Part shown: positions 1-10,980 of the stretch, piece after piece
Position numbering within the stretch: position 1 is the first letter of the stretch
How the letters are laid out: each line of letters starts with the position of its first letter
The notes under the pieces: model-generated
Told to the model about the DNA's origin: nothing
The model's input: only the letters and a program-made list of their open reading frames with translations
Databases searched by the model: none
Program-made: the position numbers and the translations under genes
NCBI GenBank assembly: GCA_002269645.1
Contig: NIVC01003016.1
Coordinates: 1 to 64,000 of the forward strand
Source: Macrostomum lignano
Lineage: Eukaryota
Direction: 5' to 3'
DNA length: 64,000 nt

Positions 1-1379
1 CTTAAAACAAAGATTTATTACAAAAACTTTTGTGAAAATTGTGAAATTGTAAAAACTTTAGTAAGTGCAATATTTCGCAGAAAAAGACAAATTGTCACGC
101 CTGTCGAACCTGTCAAACCTGGCTTTGACGACGCCCTTTCAAATACCTTACTTAATAGAAATATCGTGTAGTACTCGTTTTCAGCGATCGTGTAAAATTT
201 AACCTTTTGAATAAATACTAAATAAATCGAATCATACTGGCATAACAGGCTCCTTAAGCCTGAGCCAAATTTACTACTACTGTCGACTGTCGTGCAGTTG
301 CAGTGAAGTGCAGACTGCGAATATAAAGCTTGAAAGCATTCTTTGCTTTGCTTTGCATTGCTTTGCTTCAGACAAAGAATTAAAAATGAAAACACTGTCC
401 GTAGGCCTAGTTCTAGCACATATTCCGAAGATGTTACGATGCAATGGTAGTATTGCTGGCTCAATGATGATCTAGAGTGAATCAGTGAGTGAGATTATGA
501 AATAGGCCCCTAGTCATAATTTGGAAGAATCCTTCCATTCCATAGTTTAGGCCCATGTCTATGTATGGCTAAAATATACTATACAGGCCTAGGCTAACTG
601 TAGCCTAGTATAGGTATGCCTTTCAAATTTTAAGTTTCTAATTTTTCATGGTGAAGTAAAGGTGAAGCAGCTTAGCAGCATTGAAAAATTTATTTGACTC
701 ACAGATTTAGGCCCTAATGCTCATCCTGAAACTTAAAAGAACTAAAAACAATTGTTGATTGCACAAGTATTACTGCTTTATGTTATGTAGTGTTCAGCCT
801 TAAGCAAGCCATAGCAAACATTTAAGCTTAATTCAATTTTTGTGTTAGGCCTAAGAAAGCTAAGCCTTAAGCTTAAGTTAAGCTAGGGCCAATGGCCAAT
901 GCTTTGTCTATCCTAGCCATCTGTGGCTAAGGCCTATCCAATATATTATAAATTTAAATTAACTATAAATTGTATAATGATAATTAATTTTAATAAAAAA
1001 TTGCCTTTCGCTATGATGCTAATAGCCTATGATGCAGAGAAAGAAACTTGACTTGTTTAAAAAGGCTTATTTAGTCTAAAAACAAGGCTTTTAAATGTAA
1101 AATTTCCATACATTGCTCTTTTAAACTAATATTAAAGCTAGGCCCATGATTTGTTACAATTTGTATCATTATCATAAATATACAAGTGAAACTCCTCCTC
1201 TAGAGGAGAAAAGGGAAGAACTCCCATTACCAGAATTCTATTCCCTGAAATCCATCAGCTGAAAATCCATAACTTGAATCCCATCTTCCAAATCATCTCA
1301 AAATCCTCTGTAATGCCTTTCAAATACCATATCTTGTTTTCCATGTTCACAAAAACTGACTGCCATTGTCTAGACTCAG

Positions 1380-2215
1380 ACTCTTCTGTCTCCTCTCTCC
1401 TCTTTGCTCTCTCATCTCTAGTCTCTCATCTCTCCACTCTCATTTCTACTGTCATATCTATCAACTTCTATCTCTTATCTCTGCACCCTGCGCTTTCATT
1501 TTTACACTCTTCTTTCTCCTCACTAATTTTTCTTCTCTACACTTTCATCTCTCTTATCTCTGATCTTTCATCTTCCTTTTCTCTCCTCTCTCCTTTCTCT
1601 CTTTCCTCTATCCCTACTCTTCTTGCTTATCTTTCCTCTCTCTCCTCTCATCTCTACTCCATTATTTATCTCTTCTCCCTCGTCTCATCTGTACCCTCTC
1701 CTGTCTCCTCTCCTCTCTTTTCTCTCTTCTTCATTCTCTCTTCTCTCCTCTCGTCGCCCCTCATCTTTTCTCTTTTCTAATCTCTTCTCTCTCTTATTTT
1801 CTCACTCATCTCTTTTCTCATCAAATCTCTTATCTCTGCTCTCCTCACTTCTTTCTTCTCTTAACTCTCTCATCTCTGAGCTTTTATCTCTCCCCTCTCT
1901 GCTCTCTCCCTTCCCCTTCTCCTCTCAATTCTCTCTCTCCTCTCTTATCCCTCATCTCACTCTTTCTTTTGCTATTCTCTCCTCTTTTCTATTTCCTCTG
2001 TAATCCCTCCTCTCATCTCTCTTGTCTCCTTCTGCTATCTCATATCTCCCCTCTCATCTCCTCTCTCCTCGTCTCTTCTCTCTCCCTCTTTGTTCCCACC
2101 TTACTCCCATCTTCTTTCCTATCTGTCATGTCTAATCTTTCCTTTCTCATTTCTAATCACTTTTCTATCATCTCTTTTCTTTTCTCTTTTCACTCTTCTC
2201 TTTACTCTTTTCTCT
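1380..2215. repeat. CT-rich low-complexity tract
   Basis: Degenerate (CT)n/(TCTC)n; the overlapping Ser/Leu-rich ORFs are artefacts. Confidence 0.9.
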
Positions 2216-3696
2216 GACTGACTGAAGATGCCAAATATATCAAAATCCTCTCTGCAAAGCAGAAATCCTGTTTGTACAACTGAAAACCATCAAAATCCTT
2301 TTGGTGAAACTTAAATCCATCAAAATCGTCTCCGTAAAACAGAAATCCATCAAAATTCTACCTGCAAAACAGAAATCCTCTTTATGAAACTAGATTCCTT
2401 TGAAAATTCTCTCCATGAAACTGGACTCAATCAAAATTTTCTCTATCAAAAAGAACTTAACTCTCAGGGTTCAGTGGTTAGGGTTAGGGTTAGAGCTGCA
2501 CAAAGCTGCTTACCTGTTAAAAGGTGCCGATAAGTAAAAATTGAACCAATTAAATCAATTGACTGCGCAATTTATTTCTCAGTCAGTCAGTGTCAGTTAA
2601 AGTTAACAAAATGATTGCGCAATTTAATCAACTATCCAATACACCATGACCAACCCCTTCCAATACATAGCAGCAAGTAAAATTTTAACGCAATAATAAA
2701 ACCAATTAAATCTCGGCACTGTCCTATCTATCTACTTACACTGTACTGCTACTATATACACACAGCCCAAGCCTAACCCCCCTCTGTTTTGGGGGAATCA
2801 TTAACTTTAACTCAAACCCCAACATGCAGGGGGTTTTTTTGCATTGAACACAAGAATATGCGCACCCCTCATTATACAGCAACCCGCGAGTGGAGGTTGG
2901 GGTAGTTTTTTTACAAACTGACCGTCAACTCTCTTACTGGAAAGACAAAAAGGCCAAAGAAGGTTAAAAGCGGTTTTCTGCTTTTTTAGGGATGCTAAAA
3001 TATGAAAATTAAAAATTAAAATAGCCTAAAGCCTGATCCAGAAAATTTGCAGTTTTCCCATATAAGTTTTGACGCTGACTTGCCAGTATTGTAGGAGTTC
3101 ACTTGCAACACAAACATTGCTAGAGTTTTAGTATATTGAGAGATTATAAAATTAAATTGGCTTTCAACTCAATAATAAGGTTGATCCTATCAATCCTATC
3201 AATGTCGTATCAATACAGAAGGCCTAATCATTAGGCCTCTAGCCCATTTAATTTAATTTAGTTCAATTAGTTTTAAACAAATAATCATAGATTGTAGATT
3301 TATAGTTTTTTTAGTAAACAATTATTTATTTGATATAGGTCCTATCAATTTATTTTATTAAATTTGATTTTTTACTTCTTTTTCTTTTAGTCATCAATTT
3401 CTTATTTTTATATTTGCTTCTATTAAAGGGGAGTTAGAGAAAATGGAACTTTTTGGTGGTTGGTTGATTTGCTGACACCATAATTGGGTAGCCTAAACTT
3501 CAAATTTCTGCTGGCATAGAGTTTGCACAAATAATTCTAGAAAAATTGCATAGAAGTCTCAACAAATTTTGCCTGTTTTACTTTGGCTACTGGGATCCTC
3601 ATTTCCAGGGGGAAGAGGTAGTTGTTATTGTAGTCAAGTAGTTGTTTAGCAGGTACAGTCATTCAAATTGGGTCCTTAGACACCAAAGTCAATGTA

Positions 3697-4378
3697 CCCT
3701 ATTGGAATAAGTTTCAAAAACCCGCGGATGTGCAACACAGGTGCCAAAATTGTGCCCTCAAAAGCGCGACGCAACACCAAATTTTGTTGACTGGGGGGTG
3801 GCAATGCGTGACACAACACCAATGTCTGTTGACCAAATGACTGGGGGGGGGAGGACACCACAGCGGCCACGTCGCAATTGACAATTCCCATTCTGCCATT
3901 CATTCCCAACACCGAGACCATGGGGAAAAAGAAATGAAATTTAACAATAAACAGTAAAACAACAAAGGTACAACACTTAGAAAAACAGCGCACGCATTGT
4001 AACTAACAAGTAACATTTCTAAAAATTATAATTAAAGTATTTATTACTTTACCATCAAAATAAAAAAGAACAATACAAGAACTAGTTATTATCAAACATG
4101 TTTGAAACATTTAAATACGGAGAAACATCCGTGAAGATATTACAATGAAACACAGTTTGTGAGGTTTTGACTACAGATCCAGGCCGCAATGCGACACATG
4201 ATGACACTAGCCGCCAAGTTGCCACACTGTTGCGACGCGATGCATGACAACACCAGGTTTCCACAGTGTTGCGCGACGCGATACACCACTTGTCACCACT
4301 GTTGCGCGACGCAACACCAGGAGAATCCAAAAATGTGACAGATGGTCGTCCAAATTTTGTCAACTTATTCCAATAGGG
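3697..4378. mobile_element. 682-bp MITE with 17-bp TIRs and 8-bp TSD
   Basis: TIR CCCTATTGGAATAAGTT at 3697-3713 and its reverse complement at 4362-4378. TCAATGTA is duplicated at 3689-3696 and 4379-4386. Internal GCGCGACGC/GCAACACC repeats; no transposase. Confidence 0.85.
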
Positions 4379-4633
4379 TCAATGTATGTCAAATGCTTAG
4401 CTGATTACTTTAAGTAGAGTAGTGCTGCCACTACTGTGATTTACATATTATAAAACATTGGAGTCTCAGAGCTTTCTTTGAGATGAGACCTTTTGGTTGT
4501 TTTGTCCCACAGGCAAATAACTCAAGCTCAAGGTAATAAATACTATAGGCTTTGCTAATCAATGAATAGATATTGTTAATGGTTTATTAATGGCATTATT
4601 AGCTACTTTAGATTAGATAGACATAGCAGGAAA

Positions 4634-4925
4634 CATACATACCCAATACCCATCTAACCTGTTCGAATTAGACAGGTAAAATGGCCACTAGCCAAGGTAA
4701 ATTGCAAAATTAAAAACAAAGAACAAAATTGGGAGAAAAAAAGAGAAGAAAAAAAGAAAAAGGCATGAAAAGTCATATACAAAGTGAAAATTAAATTGTA
4801 ACTGGGGGAACTAAGTCACAATCAAGAGGAAATAAGTTGCAATTGGGAGAAACTAAGTCACAAATCTGGACAAAACTAAGTCGCACTAGACAGGACAGGT
4901 GAAATTTTGAGGTTGGGCATATATG
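4634..4925. mobile_element. ~300-bp MITE-like element, copy 1
   Basis: Ends CATACATACCCAAT (degenerate) ... GTTGGGCATATATG; clearly similar along its length to the reverse complement of 5916-6259. Confidence 0.65.
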
Positions 4926-5915
4926 GCAAGAAAGTATTTAATAATAAAATTAACTAATATTACAACTAAGATTAGATTCACTAATGGCGCCGGGGACTAA
5001 AACTGTAAAAGAGAAACTAGGGTTAAATTAGTTTAGGTTCGCAATAGTGTCACTAAGCAAAGTAAAAGCAATAAGTCAAGTAAAGTGAATAAAGAAAGTA
5101 AGCAGAAAAATAAGCAGGTAGTTTGCAAGAAGTAGGTAAAGGAGAGTTGAAAATGAGCAGGCAAAATGGGAGATAATATAATATTCAATAAATAGTCCAA
5201 ACAATGGGGCAGGCGCTGGGCACAGGGGTTGGCACAACAGTACAAGGAATGGAAAACTTGACAAAAGTACTAGGAAAGTAGAGCAAAAATTAACAAAATC
5301 CAAGATTTTGTTATCCAAGAAAAATCCGGGGCATAAATGGGCTAGAGAAAGGAAAACAGGGAACCAACATAGGGACAAGCAATTTTTGGGTCTTGCAAAG
5401 AAAAAAATGACAGCACCAGCCTGACAATAGCCAAAAATAAAATTGTTCATGCAAAGGATTGTTATTATTAATTAGTGGCAACCCACCTACTATAGTATCT
5501 ATATAATTATTATTTATTTAAATATTACAAAATGAAGGTGCATTCAAGTACCTACATTTCTCCACTAAGTTTTTAATTAAGCACACCCAAATGGTGCTCT
5601 TGCTATAGATTAAGAAATATAAAGTTGTAGCTTTGTTTTGCTGTATATTAGAACAAGCTGTTGAAACCTGCAGATTTTGAACCCGTGGAATTCCAATCCC
5701 CAGAACTATTTTTAAAAAATAAAAAATAAAAATATAAAAAATATAAAATCTATCAAAACTCAAACAAACACTTGTTAACAGTTAGGATAGAGTTAAACAT
5801 AAAATGGAGTACATTCATGTAAAATGAGGATTTGAGGCAAACATTGATATTGTTGGCTAGGGTGCTGCGCAGAATGTCAGTCAAACTCTGGACTCTACCT
5901 CTGCCTCTCCCTAGC

Positions 5916-6259
5916 CATATATGCCCAACCTTAAAATTTCACCTATCCAGTGCAACTTAGTTTTATCTAGATTTGCGACTTAGTTCCTCTTGATTGCAAC
6001 TTACAAGCTAGTTCCTCCAATTGCAACTTAATTTTCACTTTGTATATGACTTTTCTTGCCTTTTTCTTTTTTCTTCTCTTTCTCTCTTATCTTTCCCCTC
6101 TCTCTGTCTTCTCCCTCCTCTTTTTCTTTTTCTCTTCCTCTCCTTTCTTTCTTCCCCCAATTTTTCATTTTTTTCATTTTTGATTTTGTGACTTACCTTG
6201 GCTAGAGGCCATTTCACCTATCTAGTTTGGATGGGTTGGATGGGTGTTGGGCATATATG
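5916..6259. mobile_element. ~340-bp MITE-like element, copy 2 (inverted relative to copy 1)
   Basis: Perfect 14-bp inverted ends CATATATGCCCAAC (5916-5929) and GTTGGGCATATATG (6246-6259). Confidence 0.7.
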
Positions 6260-6807
6260 ATTATAATGCTAAAAATGCTATTTACAAAGTCAATTTTAAA
6301 ACTAGAATTATTAAAAATATATAGGTCTATTCAACATTGTAATGGTATCCTATTTGCATAATCTTCATAAATTATATTATTTATGAGTTAGTTTTGACAA
6401 AAAATGAAACATAGTCGACTATAGGCCTAGTTAACTAAGTTGTGACTTAGTTGGGCATAGCTCCTATTAGTTGTTAACTTCTTTTCTTCTTTCTTTCTTT
6501 CTTCTATCAATTGCTTTGCTATCCTTTTTGCTTTTTTTATTTTTTGAGTAAAGACCAATTTTTGTGACTAACCTTGGCTAGTTTGCTTAGAATTGCTAAG
6601 ATGTCAAAGTGTATGGGGAATTGCTTAGGTGTCAATGCAAATGGAATTCACACAAATAATTGTTGTCCCTTGCAATTACCCAGCTTTTAACAATATTTAT
6701 TGAATAAATTATTACAACACTATTTTAGACTAGCCTTTGAAAGTTAAATTATATTCAAAGCATTGAATGACTTTTTCTCTCAAATTAAATTTGCAATTCA
6801 CAGCAAT

Positions 6808-9427
6808 ATGAGTCGCGGGATTGTGGAATCTGCTAGTCGGTCATTGGCAATTAGAGTTCACCCAACAGCTCTGCCTGCACTGCTGAGTAAATTAGGTCAA
6901 GCTCGACCTGCTAAAAGTGCAACCTATTTGGTGAAAGAGCAAGCCTTGCTAGTGGAATATAATAGACCGTTTGCTGTTGAGAAGGCTCTGGCGCATTTGA
7001 AAGTTCAACAGCCGTTTCTTAATTATCCTGTGCTGTCTGATCCTAATTCCTGGAGCGGCAATGTTAAAGTGTCTGGTAAGTGTAAGTGTAATCGATTTTT
7101 TAAAGGTATTCGTGATGACAAATATTGGGAATCTTAAAGAGTTCGAATGACACAATATAGGGATTTGCAATGCTAATTCTTTGAGATCTGGAATGGGGAT
7201 TCTTAGGGATCTGAAATGGGGATTCTTAGGGATCTGGAATGGGGATTCTTTGAGATTTGGAATGGGGATTCTTAGGGATCTGGAATGCTGATAATTAGGG
7301 ATCTGAAATGCTAATCATTAGGGATCTGGAATGCTGATAATTAGGGATCTGGAACGCTAATCATCAGGGATCTGGAATGCTAATCATTAGGGATCTGGGA
7401 ATGGAGGTTATCAAGGATCTGAAATAGGAATCCTAGGGTTCTGGAAAGCTTTTCTTGTCAGTTAAAATACTACAGAAGAAATGTTAAACACTGCATCTAG
7501 CCACTCTAAGTAGTTGTTTTTACTCTTTCCCATCACACATTGCTTTTAGACACGGCTGACAGCAACATCATATCCAGTATAATGAAACTGCGCAACAAGT
7601 TAAAACTCGACGTCATTCCGGATTTTAATTGGCCAGCCTTTCGATCTGAGCTGCTAGCTGAAAAGTCTTTGTCCAGCCAGATGCTGACTTATTATAATAG
7701 GCGCCTGCTCAATAAGCAACAGGTGGTATTGCGCACAGTGCTAGCTATAGGGATTAATTCTCTTGTGCAGTCTCTGTCCGCCGGGGTGGCTTTGAAAATT
7801 GTCGGCTCCCTACGGACAGGGACCAGCTTTGAGAAGTCTGACTGCGATATGAATCTTTGGTTCTACGACGATTGCTGTTCGCACCTGTGCCGAGGGGATT
7901 TTAATCCCAATGCTGCCCCGGTACCGGACAGACTGACCCAGTGCTTGGAGTCCTTCTCAAATTTGAGAATAGTGCCGCTCCGCAATCACCATCCGATTGG
8001 TTATTCGTCGCCAACATTTCCTAACAGGGTATTCCTGGCCAACCTGGGCCTGTTGCTAAGGGATGTGGATCCGGCTGTGACTGATCTGCAGTGCCACACA
8101 GGCGCTAAAGTGCCAGTGATTCGGGCTAAGCATAAATTTCTCGGCTTCAATTTTGACGTATCGTTGAGCACTCGGTTTAATCACAAGTTGAACTATTTAG
8201 TTAGCAGTCTGAGCTCTTCTTGTCCGCCGTTTACTCCGCTGCTCATTGTGGTGAAGGGCATTTGCAAGGAGTCCCGGCTGCGTATGATTCACGCTGACGA
8301 TTATAGCGGCCAGTTGACTACGTTTAAGCTCACTGCTCTGCTGATCTACTTTCTGCAGGTGGGGTTCTGCTGTGCCGCTGACTGCTGACTGAGTAGATAT
8401 GGTAGACAGGGTAGATACGGTAGACAGACCAGATTACAAAGTAAATAAAGTAGATAGTAGATATGGCAGGACAGAGTAGATATAGTAGACAGGGTAGATA
8501 TAGTAGATATGGTAGACAGGGTGGATATAGTAGACAGGGTAGATATAGTAGTAGACAGGGTAGAATAAGTAGACAGGGGTAGATATAGTAGACAGGGGTA
8601 GATGTAGTAGACAGGGTAGATGTGGTAGATAGGGTAGATATAGTAGACAGTACATATAGTAGACGGGCTAGATCTGGTAGATATAGTAGACAGTACATAT
8701 AGTAGACGGGCTAGATCTGGTAGATATAGTAGACAGATAAATGTGGTAGACAGGGTAGATGTGGTAGACAGGGTAGCTTTAGTAGACAAAATGCTTTACA
8801 CAGAGTAAACTATATGGTGCATACAATGTGCATAGTAGAGAAGGTAGAAAAAGTAGACAGGCAGTAGCTAACACTGCCCCATATCCCAACTGTGCGCAAT
8901 CGCAGGGCTGCGGCTACGTGCCGCCGCTCTCCCGACTGCTCAAGCTGGTGTCGGACCCGGCCCAGCTGCACGCGTTCTCCTACCTGCCAGCCACTGAGTC
9001 GCAGCGGATCCGTGATGCATTCTCGCGCAACGCAAGAAATTTAGAAACCCTGTTGAAACAGTTTCTGCGCTTCTTAATTAATTATGATTTCTCCGAGAAA
9101 GCTTTAGATTTGTTGAACTTCACAGAGTTGTCGCGAAGTCAGCTGCCGCTGGAATTGCGCTCGGATTTCATGGTGGTGCTGAATCCCACGGCCGATTGGC
9201 CTACGAATGTTACTAGGAATATTCGAGCAGACGATTGGAAGCAGCACTGCGAAGCGTTTGCGCGCGTGTTGGAGCATCTGGAGAGCCAGACCGACCGCGA
9301 CTCGGAGCAGTGGGGTCTGGTTGGCCTGTTCGACTTTCCCGAGACTGATCTGGGCGACCCTGTGTGCGACCGGCTGCAGCAGGCCATTGACGGGGGCCGT
9401 CGGGTGGGGTCTGCCAGGTCACCGTAG
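6808..9427 (+). CDS. MTPAP: Mitochondrial-type non-canonical poly(A) polymerase (MTPAP/PAPD1-like), 3 exons
   Basis: Exons 6808-7075, 7550-8358 and 8906-9427, all GT-AG and phase-compatible (1, 0). RL-domain-like start (ASRSLAIRVH), nucleotidyltransferase motif GSLRTGTSFEKSDCD, AKVPVI...FDVS, LIYFLQ|GCGYVPPL, PAP-associated LETLLKQFLRF, and WGLVGLF resembling human MTPAP PWGLVSLL. The 5' end may be incomplete. Confidence 0.85.
7182..7440. repeat. 22-23-bp minisatellite in MTPAP intron 1
   Basis: Units such as TTAGGGATCTGGAATGGGGATTC. Confidence 0.9.
8392..8790. repeat. ~18-19-bp minisatellite in MTPAP intron 2
   Basis: GTAGATATAGTAGACAGG(G) units. Confidence 0.9.
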
Positions 9428-9502
9428 CAGCGGCTACTGCTGACTGCGCATCTTTTGCTGCTTAGTGATTGACGGTTTAGTGATTCCTATTGCTGCAGTT
9501 CC

Positions 9503-9861
<359 letters not shown>

Positions 9862-10387
9862 ATGTAATCAAGTGTCTCACTGTCTGCCTCCCTTATTTCA
9901 CTGTTATTCAATGTTCGTATTGTCTCTCAGTCAGTCAATTATGTAATGTCTTCTACCTAAATTTGTAAACGTTAGTTTTCGTGTTCTCTCTATGCAATTA
10001 GAGATGCAGTTAAAGAGGCTCTAACAAATACCAAATATCTTTAGGTATGCTATCGATTAAAAAATCAATGTAGTAAATATTAGAAAATATGACACCCTAT
10101 CTATGGAAGCATGGAAATGATTAGTAGCAGTAGTTTTTAAATCACCTGTCAATATTTTAAACACAACCGAATACTATGATCCTGTTATTAAATGACCCGT
10201 GCAGTGTCATCATGCATTTTTGTTTGCTCAGATTGTCAAGTGAATATTTATTTTGTTGATAGTAGCTTGAAAAATGCTGTTCATATTTAGCAAAGAACTC
10301 TATACAGGCCAACTTTTTGCATTTTTTGGCGATTCTAATCTAAATTCTTTGATCTCGAGTTTTTTTTCTATAATTTTAGTGTAGGGT

Positions 10388-10860
10388 CAAGGATGTAGAT
10401 CATGTAGATCAGGTGGATCAAGGATGTAGATCAGGTGGATCAATGATGTAGATCAGGTGGATAAGAATGTAGCTCGAATGGATCACGGTTGTCGATCAGG
10501 GAATCAATGATGTAGACCAGGTGGATTGCGGATGTGGATCAGGTAGATTACGGATGTAGATCAGGTGGATCAAGGATGTAGATCAGGTAAATCACGGGTG
10601 TAGATCAGGTGGATCACGGATGTAGATCAGGTGGATCAAGGATGTAGATCGGGTGGATCAAGGATGTAGATATAATGGATCACGGATGTAGATCAAATGG
10701 ACCACGAGTGTAGATCAGGTGGATCACGGATGTAGATCAGGTGGATCACGGGTATAGATCAAATGGATCACGGGTATAGATCAAATGGATCACGGGTGTA
10801 GATCAGATGGATTGCGGATTTAGATCAGGTGGATTGCGGATGTAGATCAAGTAGATCAGG
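10388..10860. repeat. 22-bp minisatellite
   Basis: GATGTAGATCAGGTGGATCACG units. Confidence 0.9.
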
Positions 10861-10980
10861 CGATGGGATCTGAGATCTTGGCAATATTTAGGTATACGCT
10901 CGTAATTTCTAGGCACCGTATCTAATGACTAATTGTCTAAAAACTCGCTGTCAATCGCGGAGGCAACGGAGGTCATTCAG

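Noticed and set aside
1-464. 148-aa minus-strand ORF and an open + frame at the window start
   Set aside because: No recognisable motif or splice support; cannot be assigned.
2478-2493. Telomere-like (TTAGGG) run
   Set aside because: Under three units; common in AT-rich repeats, not evidence of a fusion site.
2930-2946. TCTCTTACTGGAAAGAC resembles my recollection of part of a flatworm spliced leader
   Set aside because: Short match from memory, with no terminal ATG/GT donor or Sm site; probably chance.
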